A stretch of 46,345 nt of DNA from Candidatus Pelagibacter sp. TMED128 (GTDB lineage Bacteria; Pseudomonadota; Alphaproteobacteria; Pelagibacterales; Pelagibacteraceae). The position numbers and the translations under genes are program-made. Within the stretch, counting starts at the first letter, position 1, and every line of letters begins with the position of its first letter. This document shows positions 20,569 through 31,210 of this stretch, piece after piece. The stretch is taken from the NCBI GenBank assembly GCA_002170125.1, contig NHGD01000016.1, positions 1 through 46,345 of the forward strand, written 5' to 3'. The notes beneath the pieces were generated by a model. It searched no databases, was not told the DNA's origin, and saw only the letters and a list, made by a program, of their open reading frames with translations.

Positions 20569-21573
20569 TTATATCAAGCCAACTTTTTCACGTATATTTT
20601 TTAGGTTTTCCTCAGCTTTAATGCTGGCTTTTTCACTCCCTTTTTTCAATATCTTCGTTAAATGTGTCTTATCATTCATTAATTTAACAATTTCTTTACC
20701 TATGGGTGAAATTTCAGCGACTAAAAGATCTGCGAGTTTACCTTTTATATAGGAATATTCTTTTCCAGCCATTTCTATTAAAGCTTTTTCTAAGTTAGTT
20801 TTAGATACTTCAGAATATATAGTTAAAAGGTTCAATGCTTCAGGTTTTTTTTCTAACGATTTTATATTATCTGGAATGGGCTCAGAGTCTGACTTAGCTT
20901 TCTTAATTTTTTTTACAATTTCATCAGAGCTGTCTTTAAGGTTAATTCTAGAATAATCTGATTCTTCAGATTTGCTCATTTTTTTTGTTCCATCCCTCAG
21001 ACTCATTACTCTAGAAATATTTTTAAGAATTAGAGGTTCTGGCAAAGGAAAAAAGTCTTTACAATTAAAATCTTTGTTAAATTTTTGAGCTATATCCCTA
21101 GTTAATTCTAAATGTTGTTTTTGGTCAGCTCCAACCGGAACGTGTGTGGCTTTATATAATAAGATATCGGCAGCCATTAAATTTGGATAAATATAAAGTC
21201 CAACACTCGCTTTTTCTTTGTCTGACCCAGCTTTATCTTTAAATTGTGTCATTCTATTTAACCAACCAACTTTAGATACACAATTGAAGATCCAAGCTAG
21301 TTCTGAGTGAGCTGAAACTGAAGATTGATTAAAAATTATACTTTTGTTTGGGTCTAGTCCTGTTGCCAAAAAACTCGCTGTAGTCTCTAAAATATTATTT
21401 TTTAATTCATCTGGATTTTGAAAGGTAGTTATAGCATGTAAATCAACAACACAATAAACACAATTCATATCATTTTGTAACGACACGAAATTCTTTATTG
21501 CCCCAAGGTAATTTCCTAAATGCAAGTTCCCTGTAGGCTGTACCCCTGAAAATACTAATTTTTTACTACTCAT
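20569..21573 (-). CDS. trpS: tryptophanyl-tRNA synthetase
   Basis: [39 protein letters not shown]. Confidence 0.99.
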   Translation of the reverse strand: MSSKKLVFSGVQPTGNLHLGNYLGAIKNFVSLQNDMNCVYCVVDLHAITTFQNPDELKNNILETTASFLATGLDPNKSIIFNQSSVSAHSELAWIFNCVSKVGWLNRMTQFKDKAGSDKEKASVGLYIYPNLMAADILLYKATHVPVGADQKQHLELTRDIAQKFNKDFNCKDFFPLPEPLILKNISRVMSLRDGTKKMSKSEESDYSRINLKDSSDEIVKKIKKAKSDSEPIPDNIKSLEKKPEALNLLTIYSEVSKTNLEKALIEMAGKEYSYIKGKLADLLVAEISPIGKEIVKLMNDKTHLTKILKKGSEKASIKAEENLKNIREKVGLI

Positions 21574-21574
21574 T

Positions 21575-23101
21575 TTAATTTGTTTTAAAGTTTTTTGTTT
21601 TTAAAATCCCTGTCAAATAACATAATATCAAATAAACACTACCAACAAAACCAACAATTATCAGTAAATAAACAGATTTATATTTATAATTATAGTCTAA
21701 ATAGTCTGCATAATAATTTAATGCAAATATCAAAAGAAAAGACATAAATGCTGTATTTAAAATTATCTTGAAAATATTTTTAGGTAAATAGCTTTTAAAT
21801 AATAAAAAATTCTTATCATTGAGCAGATATATATAAACTATCACTCCAAGCCATGTAGAAATAGAAGTAGCAATAGGAATTATAACAAACCCAACTTTAT
21901 TAAACAAAGTAATGCTTATCAAAATATTTAATAAAACAATAAAAGATGAAATATAAAATGGCGTCTTTGTATTGTTTCTAGCAAAAAAGAAATTGGATAG
22001 GATCTTGATCAAAGCAAATGCTGGAATACCGTATCCAAAATATTTCAAAGCCAATGCTGTCATATTAATATTTTCAATAGTAAAAGAACCATATCCAAAT
22101 AACGCATTTACTATTTCTTTAGAAGCTAAGATTAAACCCAAACTTGCTGGTATTGATAATAAAAGTGAAAGTTCTACAGATCTACTTTGAATATTTGAAA
22201 TTTTCAAAATATTTTTCTGCTTAAAAGCTTTAGATAAAACTGGTAAGGAAACAGTTCCTACTGCTATACCTGCTATAGCTAAGTTAATCTGATAAATACG
22301 ATCTGCATAATAAAGATAGGATACCGCACTTGCTTCAAAAGAGGCTATGATTGTGCCAACTAAAATATTTATTTGTGTAACTCCCGAAGATATAATACTT
22401 GGAAAAAGTTTCTTAAAAAAGAATTTTACTTTACTGCTTATTCTATTTTTGAATAAAATAGATGGTTCGTAATATTTTTTTGTAAAAAACATTAGAAAAA
22501 ATAATTGAATTATTCCAGCCAAAGAAACTCCATATGATAACTGTTTAGCAAAATCTAAATTAAAAAAATAAGATATTAAAAGACTTAATATTAAAATAAT
22601 ATTTAATATAATTGGTGCAGCTGCTGCAGCTGCAAATCTATTATTAGAATTTAAAATCCCTGAAAAAAAAGATGAAATACTTACAAATAAAAGAAAGGGA
22701 AATGTTATTCTTGTAAATTGAACAGCTAGATTAAATTTTTCACTATCTTCAGAAAAACCTGGTGCAATTAAATAAACTAAGTAAGGAGTAAATATTTCAG
22801 CAAGAAGAACTATAAAAAAAAGAATAAGCACTAATATACTTAAGACCTCATCAGCAAATTTTTTTCCTTTCTTTTGATTTTGAGTTTTTTCAGAGACATA
22901 GCTGGGTATAAATGCAGCATTAAAAGTTCCTTCTGCAAACAGTCGTCTAAATGTATTAGGAAGTCTAAAAGCAACGAAAAATGCATCAGCAAAAATTGAC
23001 GCTCCTAAAAATATTGCAATTAATATATCTCTGAGATAGCCTAAAATTCTACTTAATAAGGTAAAAAAACTAAAAACATATGTTGATGACAACAAGTTCA
23101 T
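21575..23101 (-). CDS. murJ: lipid II flippase MurJ (MviN)
   Basis: [40 protein letters not shown]; many TM helices. Confidence 0.97.
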   Translation of the reverse strand: MNLLSSTYVFSFFTLLSRILGYLRDILIAIFLGASIFADAFFVAFRLPNTFRRLFAEGTFNAAFIPSYVSEKTQNQKKGKKFADEVLSILVLILFFIVLLAEIFTPYLVYLIAPGFSEDSEKFNLAVQFTRITFPFLLFVSISSFFSGILNSNNRFAAAAAAPIILNIILILSLLISYFFNLDFAKQLSYGVSLAGIIQLFFLMFFTKKYYEPSILFKNRISSKVKFFFKKLFPSIISSGVTQINILVGTIIASFEASAVSYLYYADRIYQINLAIAGIAVGTVSLPVLSKAFKQKNILKISNIQSRSVELSLLLSIPASLGLILASKEIVNALFGYGSFTIENINMTALALKYFGYGIPAFALIKILSNFFFARNNTKTPFYISSFIVLLNILISITLFNKVGFVIIPIATSISTWLGVIVYIYLLNDKNFLLFKSYLPKNIFKIILNTAFMSFLLIFALNYYADYLDYNYKYKSVYLLIIVGFVGSVYLILCYLTGILKTKNFKTN

Positions 23102-23177
23102 ATAAATTCTAAATTAGGCCACAAATAATAAATAAATAATGCAATATTAATATTTATATTACATGCTCATAATTTAA

Positions 23178-25454
23178 ATGACAAAAAAATCTAAAATTGA
23201 TCATTATTCAGATAAAGAAGCACTTGATTTTCATATAAGAGGAAAGTCAGGCAAAATTGAGATAAACTCATCGAAGCCTCTTATAACTAAGAGAGATTTA
23301 TCTTTGGCATATTCTCCAGGAGTTGCAGCCCCAGTGAAGGAAATTGCTAAAAATCCTGACCTTGCTTATGACTACACTAGTAAAGGGAATCTGGTTGCTG
23401 TCATTAGTAATGGCTCTGCAATATTAGGTCTAGGAAATCTTGGTTCTCTTGCTTCAAAACCAGTAATGGAGGGTAAATCTGTTTTATTTAAAAGGTTTGC
23501 CGATATTGATTCTATAGATATCGAAATTGATAATAAAAATGTAGATTCTATAGTTGAAACGATTAAAAATATTAGTGGTACATTTGGAGGTATAAATCTT
23601 GAGGATATTGCTGCCCCTGAATGTTTTATAATAGAACAAAAACTTAAAGAGACTTTGGACATTCCGATATTTCACGATGATCAACATGGAACAGCAATTA
23701 TTACTCTAGCTGCTTTGATAAATGCTTTAGATATATCTAAGAAAAAAATTGAAAAAGTAAAAGTAGTAATTAATGGAGCAGGGGCTTCTGCTCAAGCTTG
23801 TACCAATTTATTCAAAAGTTCTGGAGTTAAAAGTGAAAATATTATCATGTGTGACAGCAAAGGAATTATTTATGAAGGAAGAAAAAATATAGATCAATTT
23901 AAATCAGCTTTTGCAGCCAAAACAAAATTAAGAACATTAGAAGAGGCTATGAAAAATGCTGATGTCTTTTTGGGTTTATCTGCTAAAGATGTGGTTTCAA
24001 AAGAAATGATTAAATCAATGGCTAGCAATCCAATTATCTTTGCGTGCGCAAATCCTGACCCTGAAATCAAACCTGAGATCATTAATGAAGTTAGATCTGA
24101 TGCCATAGTAGCAACCGGTAGATCAGATTACCCTAATCAAGTGAACAATCTTATTGGGTTTCCTTATATATTTAGAGGAGCACTGGATGTAAGAGCAAAA
24201 ATAATTAACGAAGATATGAAGGTTGCTGCGGCTAAAGCAATTGCATCTTTGGCTAGAGAAGATGTGCCAGATGAAGTTGTTTCAGCATATGGTGGTGACA
24301 GACCAAAATACGGTAAAGAGTATATAATTCCTTCAACTTTTGACCCCAGGTTAATAAGTGTAATTCCCTCTGCTGTCGCTGAAGCAGCTATGAAAAGTGG
24401 AGTAGCAAGAATAAAAATTAAAGATTTAGATGCTTATAAAGATGAACTAACAAATCGTTTAGATCCATCTATGTCACTTATGCAGGGTATCAATGCAAAA
24501 GTAAGAAAAAATCCAAAAAAAGTAATATTTGCTGAAGGTGAAGACGAAAACATGCTTAAAGCGGCTATTGAATTTGGAAAAAATAAACTTGGTACACCTA
24601 TTTTAATAGGTGCTGAAAAAAGAATAAGAGAACAATTAAAAAAAATTGGTTTAGATGAAAATTACAAAATTGAAATAGTAAATTCAACTGACAAAGAAAA
24701 AAGAGAGAAATACGTAAAACATTTATACAAAAGATTACAGCGAGAAGGCCAATTAGAGCGAGATGTGGACAGATTAGTAAGAAATGATCGTATAGCTTGG
24801 GGATCTTCTATGATTGCTTGTAAAGATGCTGATGCAATGGTCACTGGAAATATAAGACATTATGCTGCTTCTATAGAGAAATTAAAAAAGGTTGTAGAGC
24901 CAAGACCGGGAGAAGAAATTTTTGGAATGACTATGATAAACTCCAAAGGAAAAACAATTCTTGTCGCTGACACAAATGTGCAAGATTTTCCATCCCCTCA
25001 AAGATTAGTAAATGTTTCAAAATCTTGTGTACGTGTTGCTAGACTATTTGGGTTTGATCCTAAAGTTGCATTTCTTTCTCATTCTACATTTGGCAATCCT
25101 ATATCGAAAAACACTAAACATGTAAGAGATGCAATAGAATTATTAAAAAAAGAAAAAGTAAACTTTGATTTTGATGGAGAAATGCAACCAGATGTAGCTT
25201 TGAATCCAATTTATCAAGAAACATATCCTTTTTCTAAAATTGTTGGAAATGCCAATATCTTAATTATGCCTGCATTACATAGTGCTGCAATCTCCACAAA
25301 ACTAATGAAAGTTTATGGTGGTGCCAAACTTATAGGGCCTTTATTAATAGGACTTGGGCTACCTATAGAGGTAGCTCCTTTAAGATCAAGCACATCAGAC
25401 ATTTTGAATTTAGCCTCAGTTGCAGCTTACTCTTCGGATGTAATTGATTATTAA
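23178..25454 (+). CDS. maeB: NADP-dependent malic enzyme fused to a phosphotransacetylase-like domain
   Basis: DLSLAYSPGVA, KPVMEGK, FHDDQHGTA, TGRSDYPNQVNN; PTA-like C-terminus (FAEGED, DGEMQPD). Confidence 0.97.
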   Translation: MTKKSKIDHYSDKEALDFHIRGKSGKIEINSSKPLITKRDLSLAYSPGVAAPVKEIAKNPDLAYDYTSKGNLVAVISNGSAILGLGNLGSLASKPVMEGKSVLFKRFADIDSIDIEIDNKNVDSIVETIKNISGTFGGINLEDIAAPECFIIEQKLKETLDIPIFHDDQHGTAIITLAALINALDISKKKIEKVKVVINGAGASAQACTNLFKSSGVKSENIIMCDSKGIIYEGRKNIDQFKSAFAAKTKLRTLEEAMKNADVFLGLSAKDVVSKEMIKSMASNPIIFACANPDPEIKPEIINEVRSDAIVATGRSDYPNQVNNLIGFPYIFRGALDVRAKIINEDMKVAAAKAIASLAREDVPDEVVSAYGGDRPKYGKEYIIPSTFDPRLISVIPSAVAEAAMKSGVARIKIKDLDAYKDELTNRLDPSMSLMQGINAKVRKNPKKVIFAEGEDENMLKAAIEFGKNKLGTPILIGAEKRIREQLKKIGLDENYKIEIVNSTDKEKREKYVKHLYKRLQREGQLERDVDRLVRNDRIAWGSSMIACKDADAMVTGNIRHYAASIEKLKKVVEPRPGEEIFGMTMINSKGKTILVADTNVQDFPSPQRLVNVSKSCVRVARLFGFDPKVAFLSHSTFGNPISKNTKHVRDAIELLKKEKVNFDFDGEMQPDVALNPIYQETYPFSKIVGNANILIMPALHSAAISTKLMKVYGGAKLIGPLLIGLGLPIEVAPLRSSTSDILNLASVAAYSSDVIDY

Positions 25455-26029
25455 AGTTTATTTCGACTTAGTTCAGTAGCCAAATAAATTGATGGTATTA
25501 CTTTCTCTACATCATATATTTTGTTAGCTTCATTTATAACTTCTTTTTTTTCTTTTTCATCCATAGCAATACCAAATATATAAATATTTTTATTTATAGT
25601 TTCTAAAGTATAATTTCTTGCTTTTGTCTTTTTATTAAATATTAAAGCAGATCTTAATTGACTGGTTATAAAAATATCTTTTGCTGTACTTTTAAAATTA
25701 GTTTGACCTTTAATTGTAATAGCATTTTTAACTGATCTGACGCCCTTAGTTTCCCAGGCAAGCTTGGTTATTTTGATTTTTTCCTCAGGTTTATCCACTT
25801 TTCCAGATAAAAAAATTCTCCCATCGATTACTTCTGATTGAACAGATAAAAAATATTTTTTATCTGTTAAAGCAAGCCTTGCAGTTAAATTTTTTTGCAT
25901 GATCGTGTCATCAATTTGCATTCCAATTGTTCTAGGGTCGAATGTTATATCTACTCCGGTTCCAAATTTTCCCACAGAAGTACAAGAGGTTAGAAATAAA
26001 ATTAAAAATAAACTAAATATTTTTTTCAT
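25451..26029 (-). CDS. BON-domain lipoprotein (DolP/YraP-like)
   Basis: Lipobox LTSC; D.RTIG.QIDD; two BON repeats. Confidence 0.88.
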   Translation of the reverse strand: MKKIFSLFLILFLTSCTSVGKFGTGVDITFDPRTIGMQIDDTIMQKNLTARLALTDKKYFLSVQSEVIDGRIFLSGKVDKPEEKIKITKLAWETKGVRSVKNAITIKGQTNFKSTAKDIFITSQLRSALIFNKKTKARNYTLETINKNIYIFGIAMDEKEKKEVINEANKIYDVEKVIPSIYLATELSRNKL

Positions 26030-26855
26030 TTTTTTTTATATCTAAACATATTTGATAAATTTTCTTTTTATTAATTTTCTCTGACTCAAATAATAATTCT
26101 ACTACGTCTTTTAAACTATATTTTTTTAAATACATTTTTGCTTTTCTAATAACCTCTATTTCATTAAAAAATTTATCTTTAATTTTTTTTTCTGATATTA
26201 CAATAGTTAACTCACCTTTAAATGAAGTTTTAAACAGTTTAATTTCATCAATATCCTCTCTGTAAAATGACTCATGTAACTTAGTTATTTCTTTAGCTAT
26301 CATTATTTTTCTTCCTGAAAAAAATTTTTTAAATTTTTTTATATAAAAGTTTACCTTTATAGCTGGAATAAAAAATACTTGAGAAAAACTATATTGACAT
26401 AAAGAAGATAAAATTTTTTCTAATTCTTTTTCTGTTTTCGGTAAAAATCCATAAAATAAGAATTGATCATTGAAGCCTGAGATGCTCATTGAAGCGACCA
26501 CGGATGACACTCCAGGAATTGGAATGACTTTTATACCTTTTTCAACACAAGTCTGTATTAACAAACGACCAGGGTCGGAGATAGCTGGAGTACCGGCGTC
26601 AGAAATTAAAGACAAAATTTTGCCTTCATTTAAATATTTTATAATTTTTTGTAGTTCTTTTTTTTCGTTAAATTTATGATAGGAGATTAATTTTTTTTTA
26701 ATTTTTAAATGATTTAATAACTTTAAGGAATGCCTAGTGTCCTCACAAAGAATAATATCTGAGTTTTTCAATACTTCGATTGCTCTTAAAGTTATATCAT
26801 CAAGATTTCCAATAGGCGTTGAAACAATATATAAGCTTTTAATAGATAATTTCAT
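26013..26855 (-). CDS. rsmI: 16S rRNA (cytidine1402-2'-O)-methyltransferase
   Basis: LYIVSTPIGNLDDIT, CEDTR, SDAGTPAISDPG, KEITKLHE. Confidence 0.96.
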   Translation of the reverse strand: MKLSIKSLYIVSTPIGNLDDITLRAIEVLKNSDIILCEDTRHSLKLLNHLKIKKKLISYHKFNEKKELQKIIKYLNEGKILSLISDAGTPAISDPGRLLIQTCVEKGIKVIPIPGVSSVVASMSISGFNDQFLFYGFLPKTEKELEKILSSLCQYSFSQVFFIPAIKVNFYIKKFKKFFSGRKIMIAKEITKLHESFYREDIDEIKLFKTSFKGELTIVISEKKIKDKFFNEIEVIRKAKMYLKKYSLKDVVELLFESEKINKKKIYQICLDIKKNEKNI

Positions 26856-26858
26856 TTT

Positions 26859-28013
26859 ATGAAAAAAAAATTCTTTTTAATAATAACCTATATATTAATT
26901 TTTTTTAATTCTAATCTATTTAGCAATGAAGATGATAATATACTTAAAGTTGGCCTATTGGCTCCTCTAAGTGGTGAGTATAAGGATTTAGGCAACTCTC
27001 TATTATATTCGTTGCAATTAGCATTAGACGAAATTGGCGATAAGAATGTCTTTATAATTCCTAGAGACTCTGGTTATGGCAATAAAGAAAAATTAAATAA
27101 TGCTGTGAAAGAAATTAAGTCTCAAGGTGCTAATATCATTATTGGACCAATCAATAATGAAGATTTTGAAGAAGTTAAAAAATTTAATGACTTAATATTT
27201 ATTTCCCCTTCGAATAAAAACCCTGAATTTCAAAATAATATAATTAGTATTGGCATAAGCTTTGAGTCACAAATACTAGCTTTAAAAAAATTTATTAAAG
27301 AACAAAAAAAAAGTAAGACTGTAATTCTTTTTCCTAAAAACCAATATGAAGATTTTATTCAAAGAAAATTAGATAAATTAGATTTAAAAAATTATAAAAT
27401 TTTTAAATATAGTTCAGACCCAAAAATATTAACTGGTGAAATTGAAGTTTTGACAAATTACGCCCAAAGAAAAAAAAACTTAGAGTTGAGAAAAAAAATT
27501 TATGAAGATAAAGAAGACGAACAATCCAAACGTGAGTTAGAAAAATTAGAGCAAAAATACACTCTAGGTAATGTAAATTTTGACTCGGTAATAATAATTG
27601 ACTTTGGAAATAGTCTTAAGAGTGTATTAACATCTTTAGTCTTTACCGACGTAGATCAAGAAAAAGTTCTTATTACTACTCTAAATCAATGGTTTGATGA
27701 GAGTATCTTTTACGAAAATACTGTAAAAAGCTTATACTATCCTTCAGTTAATTATAAAGAATTTAAAAAATATAAAAATAATTATTACAAAATGTTTAAT
27801 AATTATCCAAGTGAAATTACTATATTGGCTTATGATGCAATGGGATTAATATATTATGCTTGGAAAAAAAAAGGAAAGATAAATTCAGTGAATGATTTTA
27901 CTTTTAAAAGTAAGATTAAAGGAAAAATAGGAACTTTTACCTTTGAAAACAAAAAAACAATACAAGATTTAAATATATATAGAATAAAAAATAAAAAATT
28001 TATAAAATTCTAA
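26859..28013 (+). CDS. LpoA/LppC-like periplasmic type-1 binding-fold protein
   Basis: Signal peptide; KVGLLAPLSG, IIIGP, LAYDA; divergent from rsmI as in other proteobacteria. Confidence 0.75.
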   Translation: MKKKFFLIITYILIFFNSNLFSNEDDNILKVGLLAPLSGEYKDLGNSLLYSLQLALDEIGDKNVFIIPRDSGYGNKEKLNNAVKEIKSQGANIIIGPINNEDFEEVKKFNDLIFISPSNKNPEFQNNIISIGISFESQILALKKFIKEQKKSKTVILFPKNQYEDFIQRKLDKLDLKNYKIFKYSSDPKILTGEIEVLTNYAQRKKNLELRKKIYEDKEDEQSKRELEKLEQKYTLGNVNFDSVIIIDFGNSLKSVLTSLVFTDVDQEKVLITTLNQWFDESIFYENTVKSLYYPSVNYKEFKKYKNNYYKMFNNYPSEITILAYDAMGLIYYAWKKKGKINSVNDFTFKSKIKGKIGTFTFENKKTIQDLNIYRIKNKKFIKF

Positions 28014-28578
28014 TCTTTTTTTTCATTTTTTTAAAAGCTTGATACCTATGATCAATTTTTATTTTTTTTAGTTTATTCATCTGCCCAAAAGTAATTGTGT
28101 GATTGCAAGGAATAAATATAGGATCATAACCAAATCCTTTGGTACCGATAATTTTAAAAGAAATAAAACCTTTAACTTTTCCTACAACTGTTACCATTTT
28201 TCCTTTTGGATATTTAAAAGTTAAGCTACAAATAAATATGGCTGATCTATTCTTTTTTTTTATCATTTTTTTTAAAATAAATTTCATTGCTTTTAAAAAA
28301 CTTCCATATTTTTTTGCCCATCTTGCTGAATAAATTCCTGGTTTTTGATTAAGAGCTTTAATACAAAGTCCAGAGTCATCAGATATGACTGGTAATTTGA
28401 CAAATTTAGAAAAGTATTTTGCTTTTAATTTAGAGTTTGCTGAAAATGTTTTTCCTGTCTCCTCTGGACTTGCAATCTTTAATTGGTTAGGAGAAATTTT
28501 TTTTATCTTTTTAGATATTAAATAGCTTATTTCTTTAAATTTTCCTTTATTGTGGGTTCCTATTAAAATTTTTTTCAT
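28000..28578 (-). CDS. rdgB: non-canonical purine NTP pyrophosphatase (RdgB/HAM1)
   Basis: GTHNKGK, EETGKTF, SDDSGL, PGIYSAR, GFGYDPIF. Confidence 0.95.
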   Translation of the reverse strand: MKKILIGTHNKGKFKEISYLISKKIKKISPNQLKIASPEETGKTFSANSKLKAKYFSKFVKLPVISDDSGLCIKALNQKPGIYSARWAKKYGSFLKAMKFILKKMIKKKNRSAIFICSLTFKYPKGKMVTVVGKVKGFISFKIIGTKGFGYDPIFIPCNHTITFGQMNKLKKIKIDHRYQAFKKMKKKIRIL

Positions 28579-28584
28579 TTATCT

Positions 28585-28612
28585 CTAGTATTTTTGTTTT
28601 TAAGCACTATAT
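28585..28612 (+). promoter_or_regulatory. putative RpoH-type promoter of grpE
   Basis: CTAGTA-N15-ACTATAT, the same spacing as the dnaK element. Confidence 0.45.
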
Positions 28613-28619
28613 AGCAATT

Positions 28620-29213
28620 ATGATAATGGAAGATAATCAAAAAGAAACAGGTGCGTCTCAAAAAGATAAGGAATCTGAGGACAAATCTGGATCTGAGCCC
28701 ATAAAGAAAAAATCATTAGAAGATAAACTTTCTGAGTCTGAAGACAAATTGTTAAGATCTTTAGCAGAAATTGAAAATCAAAGACGAAGATTTGAGAAAG
28801 AAATAAAAGATGCTTTTGAGTTTGGTTCTTTTAACTTTGCTAAAGAGAGTTTAGCAATTTTAGATAATTTACAAAGAGCAAAACTAGCAATCAAAAATGA
28901 TGAAATCCTCAAAAACAATAAGGATTTAGATAAATTTTTAGAAAATATAAGTATTATCGAAAAAGATTTAGTGTCTATATTTGAAAAAAATAGAATAAAA
29001 AAAATTCAAACTCAAAATTGTAAATTTGATCCAAATCTTCATCAGGCCATGTCTCAAATAGAAGATGAAAAAGTTGAAACAGGCACTATTCTCGAGGAAA
29101 TTCAAACAGGATATATGCTAGGAGAAAGATTATTAAGACCAGCTTTAGTAGCAGTAGCAAGAAAAAAAACCTCAAAAAGTGAAGAAAAAGACAAGAAAAA
29201 AGATGAGAAATAA
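28620..29213 (+). CDS. grpE: nucleotide exchange factor GrpE
   Basis: LRSLAEIENQRRR, FDPNLHQA, GYMLGERLLRPA.V.V. Confidence 0.96.
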   Translation: MIMEDNQKETGASQKDKESEDKSGSEPIKKKSLEDKLSESEDKLLRSLAEIENQRRRFEKEIKDAFEFGSFNFAKESLAILDNLQRAKLAIKNDEILKNNKDLDKFLENISIIEKDLVSIFEKNRIKKIQTQNCKFDPNLHQAMSQIEDEKVETGTILEEIQTGYMLGERLLRPALVAVARKKTSKSEEKDKKKDEK

Positions 29214-29214
29214 C

Positions 29215-29242
29215 CTTGTAGAAGAGAAAAAAACACCCATAT
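29215..29242 (+). promoter_or_regulatory. sigma32 (RpoH) promoter of dnaK
   Basis: CTTGTA-N15-CCCATAT, close to the RpoH consensus CTTGAA...CCCATNT, followed by an AAGGA Shine-Dalgarno sequence. Confidence 0.75.
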
Positions 29243-29269
29243 AAACGTTAACAATCAAAGGAAATTAAA

Positions 29270-31186
29270 ATGAGTAAAGTAATTGGAATAGACTTAGGAA
29301 CTACAAATTCATGTGTAGCCATTATGGATGGTTCACAAGCTAAAGTTTTAGAAAACTCTGAAGGTACTAGAACTACACCTTCTGTAGTCGCTTTTTTAGA
29401 AAATGATGAAAAACTTATTGGGCAACCAGCTAAAAGACAAGCTGTAACTAATGCACAAGATACAATATTTGCAACTAAAAGATTGATTGGTAGATCTTTT
29501 GAAGACGAGACAGTAAAAAAAGATATCGGTAGAGTTCCTTTTAAAATAATTAAATCAGATAACGGTGAAGCCTGGATTGAGGGTAAAGGGAAAAAATATT
29601 CTCCTTCACAAATATCTGCTTTTGTTTTGCAAAAAATGAAAGAAACTGCTGAAAAATATTTAGGTCAAGCTGTATCTAAAGCAGTAATTACTGTTCCAGC
29701 TTATTTTAATGATGCACAAAGACAGGCTACTAAGGACGCAGGTAAAATAGCAGGATTAGAAGTCTTAAGAATTATAAATGAACCAACTGCGGCAGCTTTA
29801 GCTTATGGATTGGATAAAAAAAATGGACAAAAAATTGCAGTATATGATTTAGGTGGAGGAACATTTGATGTTTCAATATTAGAGATAGGAGATGGTGTTT
29901 TTGAAGTTAAGTCTACCAATGGTGATACATTTTTAGGAGGTGAAGATTTTGATGATGCAATAGTAAAATATCTTATAGATGAATTTAAAAAAGACAATGG
30001 AATTGATTTAAAAAGTGATAAATTAGCTTTACAACGATTAAAGGAAGCAGCCGAAAAAGCTAAAATAGAATTGTCCTCTGCTGCTCAGACAGAAATAAAT
30101 TTGCCATTTATTACTGCTGATAAGACTGGACCAAAACATGTTAACTTAAAGTTCACTAGAGCTAAATTAGAAGCGTTGGTATCTGATCTTGTCGAAAAAA
30201 CTTTAGAACCATGTAAAGTTGCTCTTAAAGACTCAGGTTTTTCTGCAGCAGAAATTAATGAGGTAGTTTTAGTTGGAGGTATGACTAGGATGCCAAAAAT
30301 TATTGAAACAGTTAAAAATTTCTTTGGTAAAGAACCTAATAAGAGTGTAAATCCAGATGAAGTGGTTGCTATGGGTGCAGCCATTCAAGCGGGGGTTTTA
30401 CAAGGTGATGTAAAAGATGTTTTATTATTAGATGTAACTCCATTATCTCTGGGAATAGAAACTTTAGGTGGTGTCTCAACAAAATTAATTGAAAAAAATA
30501 CTACTATTCCAACCAAAAAAAGTCAGGTATTTTCAACTGCAGAAGACAATCAGCCGGCTGTATCGATAAGAGTTTTGCAGGGAGAAAGAGAAATGGCTGT
30601 AGATAACAAAATTCTAGGAAACTTTGAGTTAGTAGGAATACCTCCTGCTGCTAGAGGAACTCCTCAAATCGAAGTTACATTTGATATAGATGCTAACGGA
30701 ATAGTAAATGTTTCTGCTAAGGATAAAGGAACAGGAAAAGAGCAAAAAATTCAAATCCAGGCGTCTGGAGGCTTGTCAGAGGAAGAAATCCAAAAAATGG
30801 TTAAAGATGCTGAAGCCAACAAAGAAGCAGATAAAAAGAAAAGAGATTCTGTTGATGCAAGAAACCAAGCAGATAGCTTAGTTTTTTCAACAGAGAAAAG
30901 TTTAAAAGAACATGGAGACAAAATTTCTGCTGAAGAAAAAAAGGCAATAGAAAATGGTATTTCAGATCTTAAGAAATCTTTGGAAGGATCTGATGCTGAA
31001 GATATTAAGAAAAAAACACAAAGCTTAATTCAAGTTTCGATGAAGCTAGGTGAGGCAGTTTATAAAAGTCAGCAAAAACCCGAAGCTAAAGCAAAAGAAT
31101 CAAAAGACGCAAAACCAGACGAAAAAGAGAATGTTGTAGATGCAGATTTTGAAGATGTAAAAGACGATAAAGAAAAAAGCGCCTAA
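29270..31186 (+). CDS. dnaK: chaperone DnaK (Hsp70)
   Basis: [43 protein letters not shown]. Confidence 0.99.
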   Translation: MSKVIGIDLGTTNSCVAIMDGSQAKVLENSEGTRTTPSVVAFLENDEKLIGQPAKRQAVTNAQDTIFATKRLIGRSFEDETVKKDIGRVPFKIIKSDNGEAWIEGKGKKYSPSQISAFVLQKMKETAEKYLGQAVSKAVITVPAYFNDAQRQATKDAGKIAGLEVLRIINEPTAAALAYGLDKKNGQKIAVYDLGGGTFDVSILEIGDGVFEVKSTNGDTFLGGEDFDDAIVKYLIDEFKKDNGIDLKSDKLALQRLKEAAEKAKIELSSAAQTEINLPFITADKTGPKHVNLKFTRAKLEALVSDLVEKTLEPCKVALKDSGFSAAEINEVVLVGGMTRMPKIIETVKNFFGKEPNKSVNPDEVVAMGAAIQAGVLQGDVKDVLLLDVTPLSLGIETLGGVSTKLIEKNTTIPTKKSQVFSTAEDNQPAVSIRVLQGEREMAVDNKILGNFELVGIPPAARGTPQIEVTFDIDANGIVNVSAKDKGTGKEQKIQIQASGGLSEEEIQKMVKDAEANKEADKKKRDSVDARNQADSLVFSTEKSLKEHGDKISAEEKKAIENGISDLKKSLEGSDAEDIKKKTQSLIQVSMKLGEAVYKSQQKPEAKAKESKDAKPDEKENVVDADFEDVKDDKEKSA

Positions 31187-31210
31187 GCAAATTAATTAAG
31201 GAGACGTCCT

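Noticed and set aside
22616-22634. GC-rich TGCAGCTGCTGCAGCTGCA quasi-palindrome in murJ
   Set aside because: Explained by the poly-Ala run (FAAAAAAP) typical of MurJ.
29803-30384. Antisense ORFs within dnaK
   Set aside because: Open antisense frames are a known by-product of hsp70 codon patterns; no independent support.
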